Shown here: positions 11,705 to 24,399 of the stretch, one piece after another
How positions within the stretch are numbered: the stretch's first letter is position 1
How the letters are laid out: each line of letters begins with the position of its first letter
Translations under genes and position numbers: made by a program
Assembly (NCBI GenBank): GCA_030390025.1
Contig: CM059432.1
Location: 45,200,001-45,264,000, forward strand
Direction: 5' to 3'
DNA: 64,000 nt
Origin: Squalus acanthias
Lineage: Eukaryota
Notes under the pieces: generated by a model
What the model was told of the DNA's origin: nothing
Database searches by the model: none
Seen by the model: the letters and a program-made list of their open reading frames with translations, nothing else

Positions 11705-12486
11705 AGTCTCTTTGCAAGCAAAGTTATGAAGGACTGCAACCAAAGTACCAGCGAAGTTAGGATCAGTAGGCAAAACTACCTCACAAAGCGTTGACTCAAT
11801 GCAGAAGTCTCTCTTTCTCTCAGAATGAGTGGTGCAAAAATGTCAACCACAGAAAAAGACAGGAAGAGGCCCCCTTTAAATAGCGCCCCCCCCAGCCCCA
11901 CAGCGATTGATAGCGTTCCAGTCTTCCGGTCGTTGGATGCGCCAGGCGGTAAGGCAGGGGGCGCCACTCAATTTCCGCTCCGGGGCGCCACAAGGGCATT
12001 GCACCATGGAATGACGTCACAATCTGCGCGCGCAGGTGGTCGCAGCGGTAAAGTTTAGCGCCGCCGCACAATGTCTAGTTAAGTTCCCGAGCGGCGCAAA
12101 CATCGCTGCGCCTGGGCGCTAGCGGCTTTGCGCCCCATTAGCGCCCTCTTAAGGCGCTAACGGGAGGCGCAACCAACTGAATTTTTACCCCTTAAAATCT
12201 AAAGGTGAGCTTAAAATAGTTTTTAAGTGCCTGTTAACAAGCTCTTAATCATCTAAATTGCCTCCCCCACCGCTTGGTGTTGGGTCTTTTCAGCGATGAC
12301 AGACCCGACATCTGGGAAACTAGCGTGGCGGCGGGTTGACAGCGGGTTCCCTACCTGCTGCCAAAAAAAAGGTTTCCCACCCAACCCACCCGCTGACCCC
12401 CTGAAAAATTCCCCCCAATATTCCAGTTGAAGCCAAACCAGTGTTTTATAAAGGTTCATCATAACGTCCGAGCTTTTGTACTCTGT

Positions 12487-15400
12487 GGGCTGGACTTTGT
12501 CAGTGTGGGCAGGCTGGGGCGTGTCAGGTGGAAATCGTGTCAGGACCCCGACTCCTAAGTGAAGTGCTGAAAAAGTGGGATTTTCCCCTAATTGGGCAAT
12601 TGATTTCCTGCGTGTGGGAACACCTGGCCAAATGAGTCTTTTCATACAGAAAGTCACCTCCGATGACGTCATCAATGCTGCTGGATCTAAGACCTGCAAG
12701 CAGCCTTGCTTCCTCTGGAGTCTGCAAAGGCTCTGCAAATTGTATGAAGGAGTTGATTTCCCGACAATGTCCACGATCAAGCAAAAGTGTGCAACTCGGT
12801 TTGATAAGCCCTCCCTCCAAGCTCTGGTGGAGGGAGCCAAATGTAATAAGGAGGTGCTGTTCCCTTCCTCAGGGAGAAAAAAGCCACCCCAGCAGACAAA
12901 AACTGTGTGGCTGCAAGTGGCCCAGGAGGTCAACTCCATTTCGCTGAGCCGCAGAATCTGGCTGCAATGCAGGAAGAGGTTTCATGATCTTCTCCGCACA
13001 GGAAAAGTGAGTATGACTTTCCCATCACCCTGAATCTGATCCCCATCGCCTCTCCTCACCAGCACTCTGCTTTGCCAACCTCTTCCTCCACATGCCACTT
13101 GACACTTACATGCCTGCACCCTTACCCATTCCCTCTCTCTCGAAGGTCACATTCACTTAACTATTCTGCCATGCAGCCCTCACACTCCCTATCACTGTGA
13201 TGCCATGACAACAACAACTTTCAACACACAGGGAGGGTCCTTTGTATCCTTCTAAGCATCTATGCTATGGATCATCTACACTCACTCCTTCATTCTCACT
13301 CAAACTCCACTTGTGTCCCTCATTGCAGGAAAAGAGAGCCCACAATAAGAGGGAAAGAGCCATGACAGGAGGAGGGCCACCCTCAGTAGCCCAGCTCACC
13401 GCCTGGGAGGAGGCGGCCCTGGAAATCGCTGGATCGAGGAGGATTCCCAAGTGGGGGACGGACAGATGGGCGCATCACAGCAAGCTGGTGACAGAATAGT
13501 TTGGCATCTCTCTCATTGACATTGCATGAGTCACTGATAATGAATCTAATGCTCTAACAGATTGACTTATGATCATCTGCACTATTCAATGTTCATGTAA
13601 CCTTGACCTCACATCTCTAACTCTTTCCTTTGCTCCCCCACAGGACCATCGAAAGCCCCCGTCCCCACTGTCCAGGAGGAAGAGCCTGAGCTTCCAGACT
13701 CCTCAGAGGAAGCTGCAACATCTGAGGGCGCTCCGTTAGCAGAATTAAGCACACCCTGCACCAGCGCAGACACTCACACCTCGGTGGGACCTTCGCGAGA
13801 TAGAGTAGTGTTGGCACCTGGTGTATCACATCTCACAAGTGAGCATCAGCAGATGGTGGAGACAGGGCCAGCAGTGGAGAGTCCTCGTCGGAGGGCGCAA
13901 GACTCTGCCAGCTCGGCTCAGCTGCATGTCGACCCTGTACCTCCGGGTCCATCCAGAAGGAGAGCGGTGCTGGAACTCCAGGAACAGGTGCAGGAGTCTC
14001 TGGCAGGTTTTGTCTCCAGGGTCGCTGCAAGTGTGGAGCGAATGGAGGAGTCCATCGCGAATATGAGCAGAGCCTTTGTGGAGGCATTGGCACATGAACG
14101 CTTCACCATGGAAAGGATGGCAACTTCCGTAGAAAGGATGGCTACAGTAGAGGAGAGGATGGTTATGGCCATGGAGGAGTTAAGTCGCCAGAGTGTTGGA
14201 AACATGGTCATTGTTCAGAATAGACTGGCATCTCTTGAGGAGCGATGGTCAGCTACTGAGCATAGAAACCAAACCTTCATGGAAGTCCTCTGGAGTAGGA
14301 CTTCCAGTTCAGAAACGGGTCCTCATGGCCCCCCTGAAGTGCAGCAAGGTGCTGTCAAGCCACTTGCTAGCTCTGAAGTGGGGCTGACCCATGAGAGGGA
14401 TATTGGTGGCAGACAACAAGGAAGTGGGGGCTCCTCTACAAGCGCTCAAATGACCATGCCACTGCAAAGCCCTCGGTCAGAGACCCACCAGAGTCCTCAC
14501 CCAACTGAGATGGGCGTCTCATCCCCTGCACAGCCGCAGGAGCAGCAGACTGTTGCCGAGCCCTCACAGGTTCGCAACCCCAGAGGATGGCCGCCAAAGG
14601 TGTCGAGACAGGAGCAGCAAGAAAGTGAGCAAGGGGCCTCCACATCTGCTGAAGCCACAGGGGAAGCACTATGTAGGAGCACGCGTAAGAGGAAGATAAT
14701 GCACAAGTAGTCACAAGGGTAGTCACTTGGGTGTTATGTTGTGTTTATTTTTGAAATGCCACCAGTTGCTTGTTGTGATAAAAAATTCTGATGGCAAACT
14801 GTTGAAGTTGTGGCCTGTGTCATTTCGCAAATGGGACTTCCACATTGAGGGCTTAGAGCGACTTGCAATTGTCAGTATGGTGGTCAGAATGATAGGAATC
14901 CGCAGGTTCTTGTCCATTGTCGATGCTCTGGATGAAGGTGCGAGGCTAAAGTGTTTGATTGTACAGGCTAAGCAAATGTGACCAACATGAGTTCGTCCCT
15001 TGCATCCCGGGCAGCAATATGGTCGTGCTCTGGCGACTTCTGGCCTGTGCATCTTCAGGTGGGTGACTAGCAGCTTGGCACTCCTGTTGATGCTCCTGCT
15101 GTTAGTGCTGCTGTTGCTCATGGTTCTGTTGCTGCCGCGGCTGGTCTTCATCCGAATCTGATGTCCAGGAGGAAAGGAATTAAATGGTCGCCATGCTTCT
15201 GGTATATGCCTCAGTTGAGGAAGCGCTTAGTCAAGGTGGGGAGAGGCGTTTCCCAGGAGGTCACACTGGAGATGGGTGTCAGGCTCCAAACTTCCACAAC
15301 ACTGAGTATGCCTGCTAAAAGTTCCCCCAGACCTGAAACAACAAAGTTCTGCCACCTGCAAATGATCATTGGTGAAAACTCTTTGTAATGGTGGAGCTGC

Positions 15401-15723
15401 AGCTGGTCGTAAGCAATCCACTTGTGAGGCCACCAGCATTACCTGGCGTGTTCCAGAGGAGGCGTGAGGGATGGGGGGAATGACTAAAAATCAGAAAGGC
15501 CTCTCAAAATGGGATTATAGAGGCTATTAAGTGCTTGTTAAGGGCCTTAAGGGCCTATCCCGCCTCTTGGAGGCGGGATGGAAAGGGGGTCAGAAAACAC
15601 GCTTTTGGGAAAATTGCTCGGAGGCGGGATGGAGGCGGGATCGGGCCCGCCTGCCATTTTAGGCGATTTTAACAACTCACACGCCTCCAATCCCGCCTCC
15701 TCGTGCCTGGCAAAATCGAGCCC
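12487..15723 (+). mobile_element. Non-autonomous Harbinger (Myb gene plus internally deleted transposase)
   Basis: TIRs gggctggactttgtcag / ctggcaaaatcgagccc; TSD TGT/TAT inside the CR1. Confidence 0.88.
12767..14710 (+). pseudogene. Harbinger Myb/SANT-like gene; exons 12767-13006, 13329-13487, 13644-14710
   Basis: Paralog of 446-2358 with the same exon structure; 1-nt deletion in exon 2; exons 1 and 3 open. Confidence 0.85.
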
Positions 15724-15741
15724 TATGCCTCTATTTATGAA

Positions 15742-15940
15742 TGTGAGAAGTCGCACAACACCAGGTTATAGTCAACAGCTTTATTTGAAATCACAAGCTT
15801 TCGGAGCGCTGCTCCTGATGAAGGAGCAGCGCTCCGAAAGCTTGTGATTTCAAATAAAGCTGTTGGACTTTAACCTGGTGTTGTGCGACTTCTCACATTT
15901 GTCCACCCCAGTCCAACACCGGCATCTCCACATCATGGCT
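15742..15940 (+). mobile_element. Penelope-derived palindromic mini-element with hammerhead module
   Basis: Inverted pair of Penelope 3' modules; CTGATGAAGGAGCAGCGCTCCGAAAGCTT at 15815; 12-bp TSD tctatttatgaa at 15730-15741 and 15941-15952. Confidence 0.88.
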
Positions 15941-16775
15941 TCTATTTATGAAGCTCAGGATCCCGTATGCTTTTTTAACCGCTTTCTCAACCTGCCCTGC
16001 CACCTTCACTGATTTGTGTGCATACACCCCCAGGTCTCTCTGTTCATGCACCCCCTTTAGGATTGTACCCTTTAGTTTATATTGCCTCTCCTCATTCTCC
16101 CTACCAAAATGTATCAACTTGCATTTTTCTGTGTTAAATTTCATCTGCCACGTGTCCGCCCATTCCACCAGCCTGTCTATGTCTCTTGAAGTCTATCACT
16201 GTTCCCTAAATGTTCCCCTACTGACACTTGATTCACTTGACCTACCTCTTTCCCCAGAACCAGATCCAGTAATGCTTCGTTCCTCGTTGGGCCGGAAACT
16301 TACTGATCAAGAAAGTTCTCCTGAACACACTTCAGAAATTCTTCCCCCTCTCTGCCCTTTACACTATTACTATCCCAGTCTATATTAGGATTGTTGAAGT
16401 CCCCCATTATCACTACTCTATAGTTCTTGCACCTCTCTGTAATTTCCCTGCAAATTTTCTCCTCTATATCCTTCCCACTAGTTGGCGGTCTATAGAATAC
16501 ACCTAGTAGTGTAATGGCACCTCTATTGTTTCTTAACTCTAACCAAATAGATTCTGTCCTTGACCCCTCCAGGACATCCTTCTCTCCAGCACTGTAATAT
16601 TCTCCTTAATTAATACTGCCACCCCACCTCCTTTCTTTCCTTTCCTCTCTTTCCTGAACACCTTATATCCAGGAATATTTAAAACCCAATCCTGCCCTTT
16701 TTTGAGCCAGGTCTCTGTTATCGCCACAACATCATATTCCCATGTGGCTATTTGTGCCTGCAGCTCACCAACCTC

Positions 16776-17376
16776 TACCTGTTCTGTTTCTTCCTCTTCT
16801 CTCTGCGAGCGGATGCTGTAAATCTGAAATGACAGCATAAACTGCTGGAAATACTCAGCAGGTCAGGCAGCATCCCGACCTGTGACGTGAACTCTATTTC
16901 TTTCTCCACAGATGTTGCCTGACCTGTTGAGTACTTGCAGCATTTTCTATTTTCTCAGGGGCCTTCCTTTACCAACTAAGGCCTTGCAAGCTTCCAGCAG
17001 CACTCCCTACACAATTGAAAAACTTTTAACTCTATTGCAGCAAGCCACTACTTCAATAAAATCAAAATAACTAAGTCCAACAGCTTAAATGCAAGCTTAC
17101 CTGAAACATGTGTGTGTCCCTTTAAGAGGCTCTGACAGTGCCTCTGTCAATCTGTTTGCATGCTGGATTTCCATGGTGTGGTTATGACCCAGCACTGAAT
17201 GCAGCGGTAGAGTCAAAGTTGGCTGTGGTAACGTTCAGTTGGCGCACTAATACTTACTGGCAGCGCTACGGTGGCGTCGAAAATGGAGGCCACCAGCTGG
17301 CGAAAGAGTGGAGGCCTCCATTCTTTCGCCATTTTTTGCCACTAATGGGTGACATAAAACCCCTGATTTTTCGCCC
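16776..17376. mobile_element. Right end of a non-autonomous Harbinger carrying a family-2 hairpin
   Basis: Colinear with 47510-48137; ends gatttttcgccc. Confidence 0.7.
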
Positions 17377-17394
17377 AAGCACTCTACTTGCAAA

Positions 17395-18810
17395 CAAAAA
17401 CAGCCATAGCAGACTTGAAGAGGTAAGGGACAACATAAAACTAAAAGAAAAAGCATACAAGAATGCAAAAAAGCACAGATTCTGGTGAATGGGAGACATA
17501 CAAATAAAAGCAAAGGGTGACAAAACAAGTCGTAAGATTTACAAAAAGGGAATATGAAAAGGAACTTGCAAGGGATATCAAAATCAAAACAAAAACTTTT
17601 ACAGTTATATTAGGAACAAGAAGATGGTTAAGAGCAATGTAGGCCCCTGTAAAACTGATAATGGCGATATCATAAATGAAAATAAGAAATGGCAGATATG
17701 TTAAATAATTACTTTGCGTCGGTATTTACAGTAGAGGAAGAGTATAGCATGCCGGACATCCCAAGGAAACTAATATTGAATCAGGGACGGGGCTCACCAA
17801 AATTAACGTAAGCAAATTAATAGTAATGAAGAAAATAATGGCACTAAAGAGTAACAAATCCCTAAGACCAAATGGTTTTCATCCCAGGGTTTTAAAGGAA
17901 GTATTGCAGATGCCATAACTATGATCTTCCAAAGTTCTCTCGATTCAGAAACCATTCCTTTAAATTGGAAAATTGCACATGTCAGTCCGCTATTTAAGAA
18001 AGGTGAGAGAGGGAAACCAGGGAATTATAGACCAGTTAGCCTAACATCTGTCATCGGGAATTACTTGAATCTATAATTAAGGATGGAGTGACTGAACACC
18101 TTGAAAATTTTCAACTGATCAGTGAGAGCCAGCATGGATTTGTAAAGGGTAGGTCATACCTGACGAACCTGAGTGAATTTTTTGAAGAGGTGACTAAAGT
18201 AATGAACAGAGGAATGTCTATGGATGTTATTTATGTGGATTTCCAGAAGGCATTCGATAAAGTCTCTTATAAGAGACTGTTAGTTAACATTGGAGCTCAC
18301 GGAATTGAGAGCAAATTATTGACCTGGTTAGGAGATTGGCTGAGCGGCAGGAGACAGAGAGCAGGGATAATGGACAGGTACTCTAATTGGCAGGATATGA
18401 CTAGGGTTTTATTCCCTGAAATTTAGACGATTATGGGATGATTTGATTGAAGTTTTCAAGATATTAAGGGGAACAGATAGGGTAGATAGAGAGAAACTAT
18501 TTCTGCTGGTTGGAGAGTCTAGGACTGGGGGCATAGTCTAAATATTAGAGCCAGGCCTTTCAGGAGTGAAGTTAGGAAACACTTCTACACACACCGAGTG
18601 GTAGATGTTTGGAACTCTTTTCCGCAAACGGCAGTTGATGCTGGGTCAATTATAAATTTTAATTCTGAGATTGATAGACTTCTGTTAACCAAAGGTATTA
18701 AGGGATATGGGGCTAAGGCAGGTATATGGAGTTAGCTCACAGATCAGCCATAATCTCATTGAATGGCGGAACAGGCTCGAGGAGCTAAATATCCTACTCC
18801 TGTTCCTATA
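17395..18810 (+). mobile_element. CR1 LINE, decayed with internal deletions
   Basis: SQHGFVKGRS and VDFQKAFDKV; CR1 3' end. Confidence 0.9.
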
Positions 18811-18811
18811 T

Positions 18812-19050
18812 AGGCCAGACCAGGTAAGGACAGCAGTTTCATTCCCTAAAGACATTAGTGAACCAGTTGGGCTTTTACGACATTCCGACAGCTTCATGGT
18901 CACTATTACTGATACTAGTTTTTATATTTCCAGACTTTTTAAACTGATTTCAAATGTTCAAGCTGCCATAGTGGGATTTAAGATCACGTTCTCTGGATTA
19001 TTAGTCCAGGCCTCTGCATTACTAGTCCAGTAACATAACCACTACACGAC
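18812..19050 (-). mobile_element. tRNA-derived SINE, partial
   Basis: Minus strand begins gtgtagtggtta (A-box-like), followed by a degenerate B-box (aaatcccac). Family not identified. Confidence 0.6.
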
Positions 19051-20074
19051 TGTACTCACAGTCTAGGAAGTTACTATGACAATTCCAAAGATGGAAGAAA
19101 AAAAGTAAAAGAAAAATAACGGAAGAAAGAAACTGGTGTAGATAATGCAGGAAGTAAAGATAATAAGCAGAGCACTGACCCTGGGTAACCAGGCAATTAC
19201 AGTATTTTGCATTCCTAATATAAAGCACTGCACATTTGCAGCTTGACCAACATTTAAGGATCTGTCCTCTTGGTTAACTTTCTTTTTTCCAGTGCTTGGT
19301 TGAATTGCTAGATTAAGCACTGTACCCCCACTATCTGAGGGGGTGGGTATGGTGTGGAGGAAATCTGACAGGAGTAATCCTGTTATGCAAAAGAACACCT
19401 CCTACCAGTATGTCATGGAGCAGCATTAATAATGGTTGTGAAGAAGTTTGTGGCTCAGATCATCCCACGTTTCTGAACAAAGCCAGGAGTGTGGTGTCAG
19501 GAAAAAACAGCAAGAGAGTGGAGGAAAAGTATTTTAAAATAATTATGTAGCAAAGATAATGGCAAATGGAATCAAGGTGAATGGGGGAAAATACACACTG
19601 AAATATGGAGGCCCAAGGCTCGCACCAAATTGAGCCTCAGCCTCATCTCCATAATTCTGGCGAGCTGTGGACATCAATTCGGTGTCCCAATACAGCTCTC
19701 TGGTCTGACACTTCTAATAATCATTCGGCTAAGTGTCGAGATGGCTCACAGGTAAGTCTTGAGAGGGGGGAGGTGAACAAGAGGGGACAAGCGATGGCCA
19801 TCAGTGACTCACAGTATTACGATGGAACACTCCTGATCCTCCTGGATCCACAATAAGATAAGTCAAATTTGGAAAAATTTCCTCTTCTTTGCTGGCCTCC
19901 AGTCGTCCCTTTAAGGATCACTGGTTAGGCCGTCGCTGACCCGGAATAATTAAGCAAAGCATGCTTGTTGCATACTCTTCCCAGTTTTTGCCCAATTTGG
20001 CATAGTGGTCTTGAAACAGGAGTCATACCCCTGATTACCATATTCAAGTGGCCTAGCACATGTTTCCAATTATT

Positions 20075-20781
20075 GGCCCAGATTATACTGTGGCAGGGCA
20101 TCTAATGGTGTCTGCCGTTAGTTAGATTTGCCTTTGCAGGTTTAAGTTTTTAAAAACATTTTGTGGCAAGTTGCTGAAAGTGCAAGCTGATAATGCTGGA
20201 GTGAGGCATCTGGGATCTGAGTGAACAGGGCAACCAACAGGCTACCTCCTTAACCAATTAGATTTAAGGATTGAGAAATAAACAGCACAAGGACTGAGAA
20301 GAAAGTGTTAATTAGAGTGGGTGAATTCAATATCAAATTAGGTACAGAAAGAGAAATAAAGAGAGGGAAAGAAAGATTGGATTAAGAGAGAGAAAAAAGA
20401 GACGGAAAGGAACATCCAATGTCAATTAATAACTGAAGGAATGAGCCTATAGTGCCAGAGAGGTTGATTGGCAGTAATTAATACTTAACACATCACACTT
20501 ACGTTTGAAATGACAAGACTTAACTTTCTGTGGCGAGTTTAATTCGTATCTACCGAGCAAATACAGCAACTTCACGCCATTCAATGCATTTCAATGGTGA
20601 GGCAGACAGTGCGATGCCGTTTTCTCAAAGTTAATGATGGAGGGGCGCAAATTGGGCAGAAGCTTTTGGATATCCATGTTTACCCATGCATCTGCCCTTG
20701 CCTGAAGTTGCTGTATCATTTGCGCATAAATAACGGCGAGTGCCATTAGCCTCACCATTATTTTGACAGCAAATTCTGGTC
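20075..20781. mobile_element. Probable Harbinger-type MITE
   Basis: Imperfect inverted ends ggcccagattatactgt / acagcaaattctggtc. Confidence 0.35.
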
Positions 20782-22085
20782 TAATGTTAAACTTGTACAG
20801 AACCTTAATTGGGCTGCAGCTGAGTATTGTGTATAGTTGTGGGCATCCCATTATAGGAAGGATAAAATGGAAAAAATACAACAGAAATTCACTAGGCTAT
20901 TAGCAGGAACAAGGGGTTACAATTTAGAAGGGAGACTTGAGAGCTTAGGTCTATTTTCACCAGAGCTCAGAAGGTTGGTGGGTGACCTGATAGAGGCCTT
21001 CAAGATTACAAAGGATTGTTATAAATAATTAATTTAGGAACATAGGAACAGGAGTAGGCCATTTAGCCCCTCGAGCTTGTTTCGCCATTCATTGAGATCA
21101 TGGCTGATCTGTGACCTAACTCCATATATCCGCCTTTGCCCCATATCTCTTAATACCTTTGCTTAACAGAAATCTATCAGTCTCAGATTTAAAATTAACA
21201 ATTGATCTAGCATCAACTGCCATTTGTGGAAGAGAGTTCCAAACTTCTACCACCCTTTGCATTTGGCAGTGTTTCCTAACTTTACTGCTGAAAGGCCTGG
21301 CTCTAATATTTAGGCTATGTCCCCTAGTTCTACATTCTCCAACCAGCAGAAATATTTTATCTCTGTCTACTCTATCAGTTTCCCTTAATATCTTGAAAAC
21401 TTCAATCAAATCACCCCTTCTTCTAAATTCCAGGGAATACAGCCCTAGTTTGTGTAATCTCTCCTCGTAATTTAACCCTTGGAGTCCAGGTATCATTTTG
21501 GTAAATCTATGCTGCACTCCCTCCAAGGATATCCTTCCTAAAGTGTGGTGCCCAGTACTCCAGGTGTGGTCTAACCAGGGTTTTGTATAGCTGCAGCATG
21601 AATTCTAACCCCGTGTATTCTAGTCCTCTAGATATAAAGGCCAGCATTCTGTTAGCCTTTTTGATTATATTCTGTACCTCTCCATGACATTTTAATGATC
21701 TATGTACATGGACCCCCTAAGTCTCTTTGGACTTCCGCTGCTTCTAGCTTTTCACCATTTAGAAAGTACTCTAATCTATAATAGTGATAGATTGGTGCCA
21801 AAGGTAATTGAGATGACAGTGAGAAAGCATAAATTTAAAGTACCAAAAAAAATGTGAAGTTAGAAAAATTTGTTTATACAGGGTGGTCAGAATGTAAAAT
21901 TTTCTGCAGAATAGAGAACTTCCTTTAAAAGGAAACTAAGGAATTGCTTGAAAAGGGCGAATATTACAAAACATTGAAAGCAAGCAGGAGAGTGGAATTA
22001 GTCTAGATGGTTCATGTGGAGAAAATCTTGATGGCGGACATGTTGCGATAAATAGCCTGTGTCTGTGCTGTAACATTCTATCATC
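20782..22085. mobile_element. Old + strand CR1 3' remnant interrupted by a younger - strand CR1 3' fragment (21037-21780)
   Basis: QKFTRLLAG..LGLFS on +; LHKLGLYSLEFRR..VWNSLP and a TTCCTATG tail on -. Confidence 0.85.
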
Positions 22086-23149
22086 CTGCAGTTCTGCTCT
22101 ACAAAATTGCCCACGGGGAGAAAGAAAAGAAATCATAAAGTGATTGACCTTAGACTTCTCTCACAGGCCTCTGACTGGCTGGGTACATAAAGGCATTGGC
22201 TAAATTGTCTGCCCAATCTTGTGAGGAATGCTGCATATAAAAGGGAGAAACTGACTGAAGTAGGGGTGTTAAAAAGCATGCTGTACAAGGAATGTGATTT
22301 AATTAATATTTATCAATTCTAAACATTAAAATACAATGTTGTTTGAAATATGTGGAGTCCCAAAGTACTAATGAATCATCCAGTGCTCTAATTACATTTC
22401 TTAGTTTAATGTACTTGATTGTCTTTTAGCTGAAAACATGTCAGATCACTAAGTACTCATTTTCTTTTGTGTGTGTGAGCAAGGTTCCAGTGGTTATTGT
22501 CACACAGCATGTAGTGTGAGTGTTTCATCTTTTTCTCATCACCAACGATGTACCACTCGATTACAGCCCTGTGACAAGGTCAATCATTTAAATGTCTTTG
22601 ATTCTGCTGATTATTCAGGTCTTAATGAAGGTTCCACCTGAAATATTAATTTAGCTTTCTGTTTTGCATTTCCGATATTTTCTAATTTTATGTAATTTTA
22701 TTAAATATGAGAAATTTGGGGATCTGTGGACTGAACTAGTGCAATATTTAAATGAATTGAAACTGAAGCACTGAAGTGGGGACAGGAACTGGGATGGGAA
22801 CCCATTACTCTGGATCCTTGCCCCATTTTCAGCTGCCATTTCCAGTGACACATGCAAATGAGGTGGTAGTAACGTTCTGATGTCACACCTTCTATTTTCT
22901 GACATTTCTACATCATTTATACACTCAGTCATAAACATTCTGAAAATGGTGGCCAGGGTTGCTAGGCATTGCCTTTGAGAATGAAGTAAGTTTAAAGGAA
23001 CTACTTGATACGTTTACAGATGCAAAAACGTGCCACTGTTAGTCTGTTGTTTCTACCTACTTTAGCAGCTGTGTTTGTGCCATTTGCCTGTGGAGCTGCT
23101 ATTTGCCCTCCATGCTCCTTTTTTGATCAGGGCACATTGGCCGTCCTAT

Positions 23150-23448
23150 TCATAGAATCATAGAAATTTACGGCACAGAAGGAGACCATTCGCCCCATCG
23201 TGTCTGAGTCGGCTGAAAAAGAGCTATCCAGCCTAATCCCACTTTCCAGCTCTTGGTCTGTAGCCTTGTAGGTTATGGCACTTCAAGTGCATATCCAAGT
23301 ACTTTTTAATGCAATGGGGGTTTCTGCCTCTACCACCCTTTCAGGCAGTGAGTCCCAGACCCCCACCACCCTCTGGGTGAAAACATTTCTCCTCAACTCC
23401 CCTCTAATCCTTCTACCAATTACTTTAAATCTATGCCCTCTGGTTATT
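23150..23448 (-). mobile_element. CR1 3' end
   Basis: catagaatcatagaa tail; FTQRVVGVW-like coding remnant. Confidence 0.8.
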
Positions 23449-23478
23449 GTGGAGGCTACTCTATCTTTGCTTCTTAGA

Positions 23479-24074
23479 CGTCGATGACGACGAACACCTT
23501 GCTAAGGCCATCCCCACGCCTCCACTACTCGCCTTCAAGCAGCCGCCTAACCTCAAAAGTACCATTGTTCGCAGCAGATTACCCATCTTTCAGGAGAACA
23601 GCAACCAAGACACCACACAACCCTGCCACGGCAACCTCTGCAAGACATGCCAAATCATGGACACAGATACCATCATTACACGTGAGGACACTACCCACCA
23701 GGTACACGGTACATACTCATGTGACTCGGCCAACGTTGTCTACCTGATACGTTGCAGTAAAGGATGCTCCAGAGCATGGTACATCGGCGAGACCATGCAG
23801 ACACTGAGACAACGTATGAACGGACACCGCGCAACAATCGCCAGGCAGGAGGGTTGCCTCCCAGTCGGGGAACACTTCAGCAGCCAGGGGCATTCAGCCT
23901 CGGATCTGCGGGTAAGCGTTCTCCAAGGCGGCCTTCGAGATACACGACAGCGCAAAATCATAGAGCAGAAACTGATAGCCAAGTTCCGCACTCATGAGGA
24001 TGGCCTCAATCGCGATATCGGGTTCATGTCACGATACAGAACGTGACTTGACATCATGGCCGGTCTTCCCAGGT

Positions 24075-24110
<36 letters not shown>

Positions 24111-24366
24111 CACAAGAACACAAATTGACAGGATATGCAGCCAGCAGGTGGTTTGACATGCTGGACCCCCTGGGACACATCTCATTGTCTTGGCTGTGCT
24201 CTTTGTTGTAGCGAATAATGTGAATAGATTTTGTCTGGGTTTAAATTGTGAATTCTGGGAGATTCTCTCATTGCTAACTTACCTGACGAAGGAGCGATAG
24301 CTCCGAAAGCTTGTAAAATTAAATAAATCTGTTGGACTATAACCTGGTGTTGTGCGACTTCTCATT
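23479..24366 (+). mobile_element. 5'-truncated Penelope-like element (GIY-YIG domain, 3'UTR, hammerhead)
   Basis: CKTC; VVYLIRC..WYIGET..RMNGHR; GLN. 13-bp TSD tttgcttcttaga at 23466-23478 and 24367-24379. Confidence 0.93.
24279..24316 (+). ncRNA. Minimal type I hammerhead ribozyme motif (family 1)
   Basis: TTAC-CTGACGA-A-GGAGC-gata-GCTCC-GAAA-GC-TT-GTAA: complete core, stems I and II, palindromic AGCT stem III. Confidence 0.85.
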
Positions 24367-24399
24367 TTTGCTTCTTAGAAGCAGAGGAGGAAGAGCAGT

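Larger units (their letters stand above)
8000..12191. mobile_element. Near-intact autonomous-type PIF/Harbinger transposon (4192 bp)
   Basis: TIRs gggggaaaaatt / aatttttacccc; TTA TSD at 7997-7999 and 12192-12194; convergent Myb and transposase genes. Confidence 0.96.
4921..12416 (+). mobile_element. Decayed, probably composite Harbinger derivative, interrupted by a Penelope and a younger Harbinger
   Basis: TIR-like ends at 4921 and 12416. Myb exon is split: AAPRLSHDSL..RREVLFPSHG (~4995-5085) and VWLHIAQE..FNDL (~6845-6970). Transposase C-terminal tail on the minus strand at ~7470-7560. Confidence 0.55.
12417..16775 (-). mobile_element. Fragmented CR1 LINE (pieces 12417-12486, 15724-15741, 15941-16205, ~16230-16775)
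   Basis: YDVVAITETWL and GGGVAVLIKE (APE); WQMKFN..FINRGIEYKS..QLEY is rejoined across two insertions. Confidence 0.85.

Noticed and set aside
4918..12419. AAT TSD pairing the 4921 and 12416 ends as one clean element
   Set aside because: The ends look like different families, and the right flank is CR1 while the left is not; probably a deletion composite.
24075..24105. Poly-T run (and poly-G at 44893) as functional signals
   Set aside because: Homopolymers inside TEs; slippage or assembly length error is likely.
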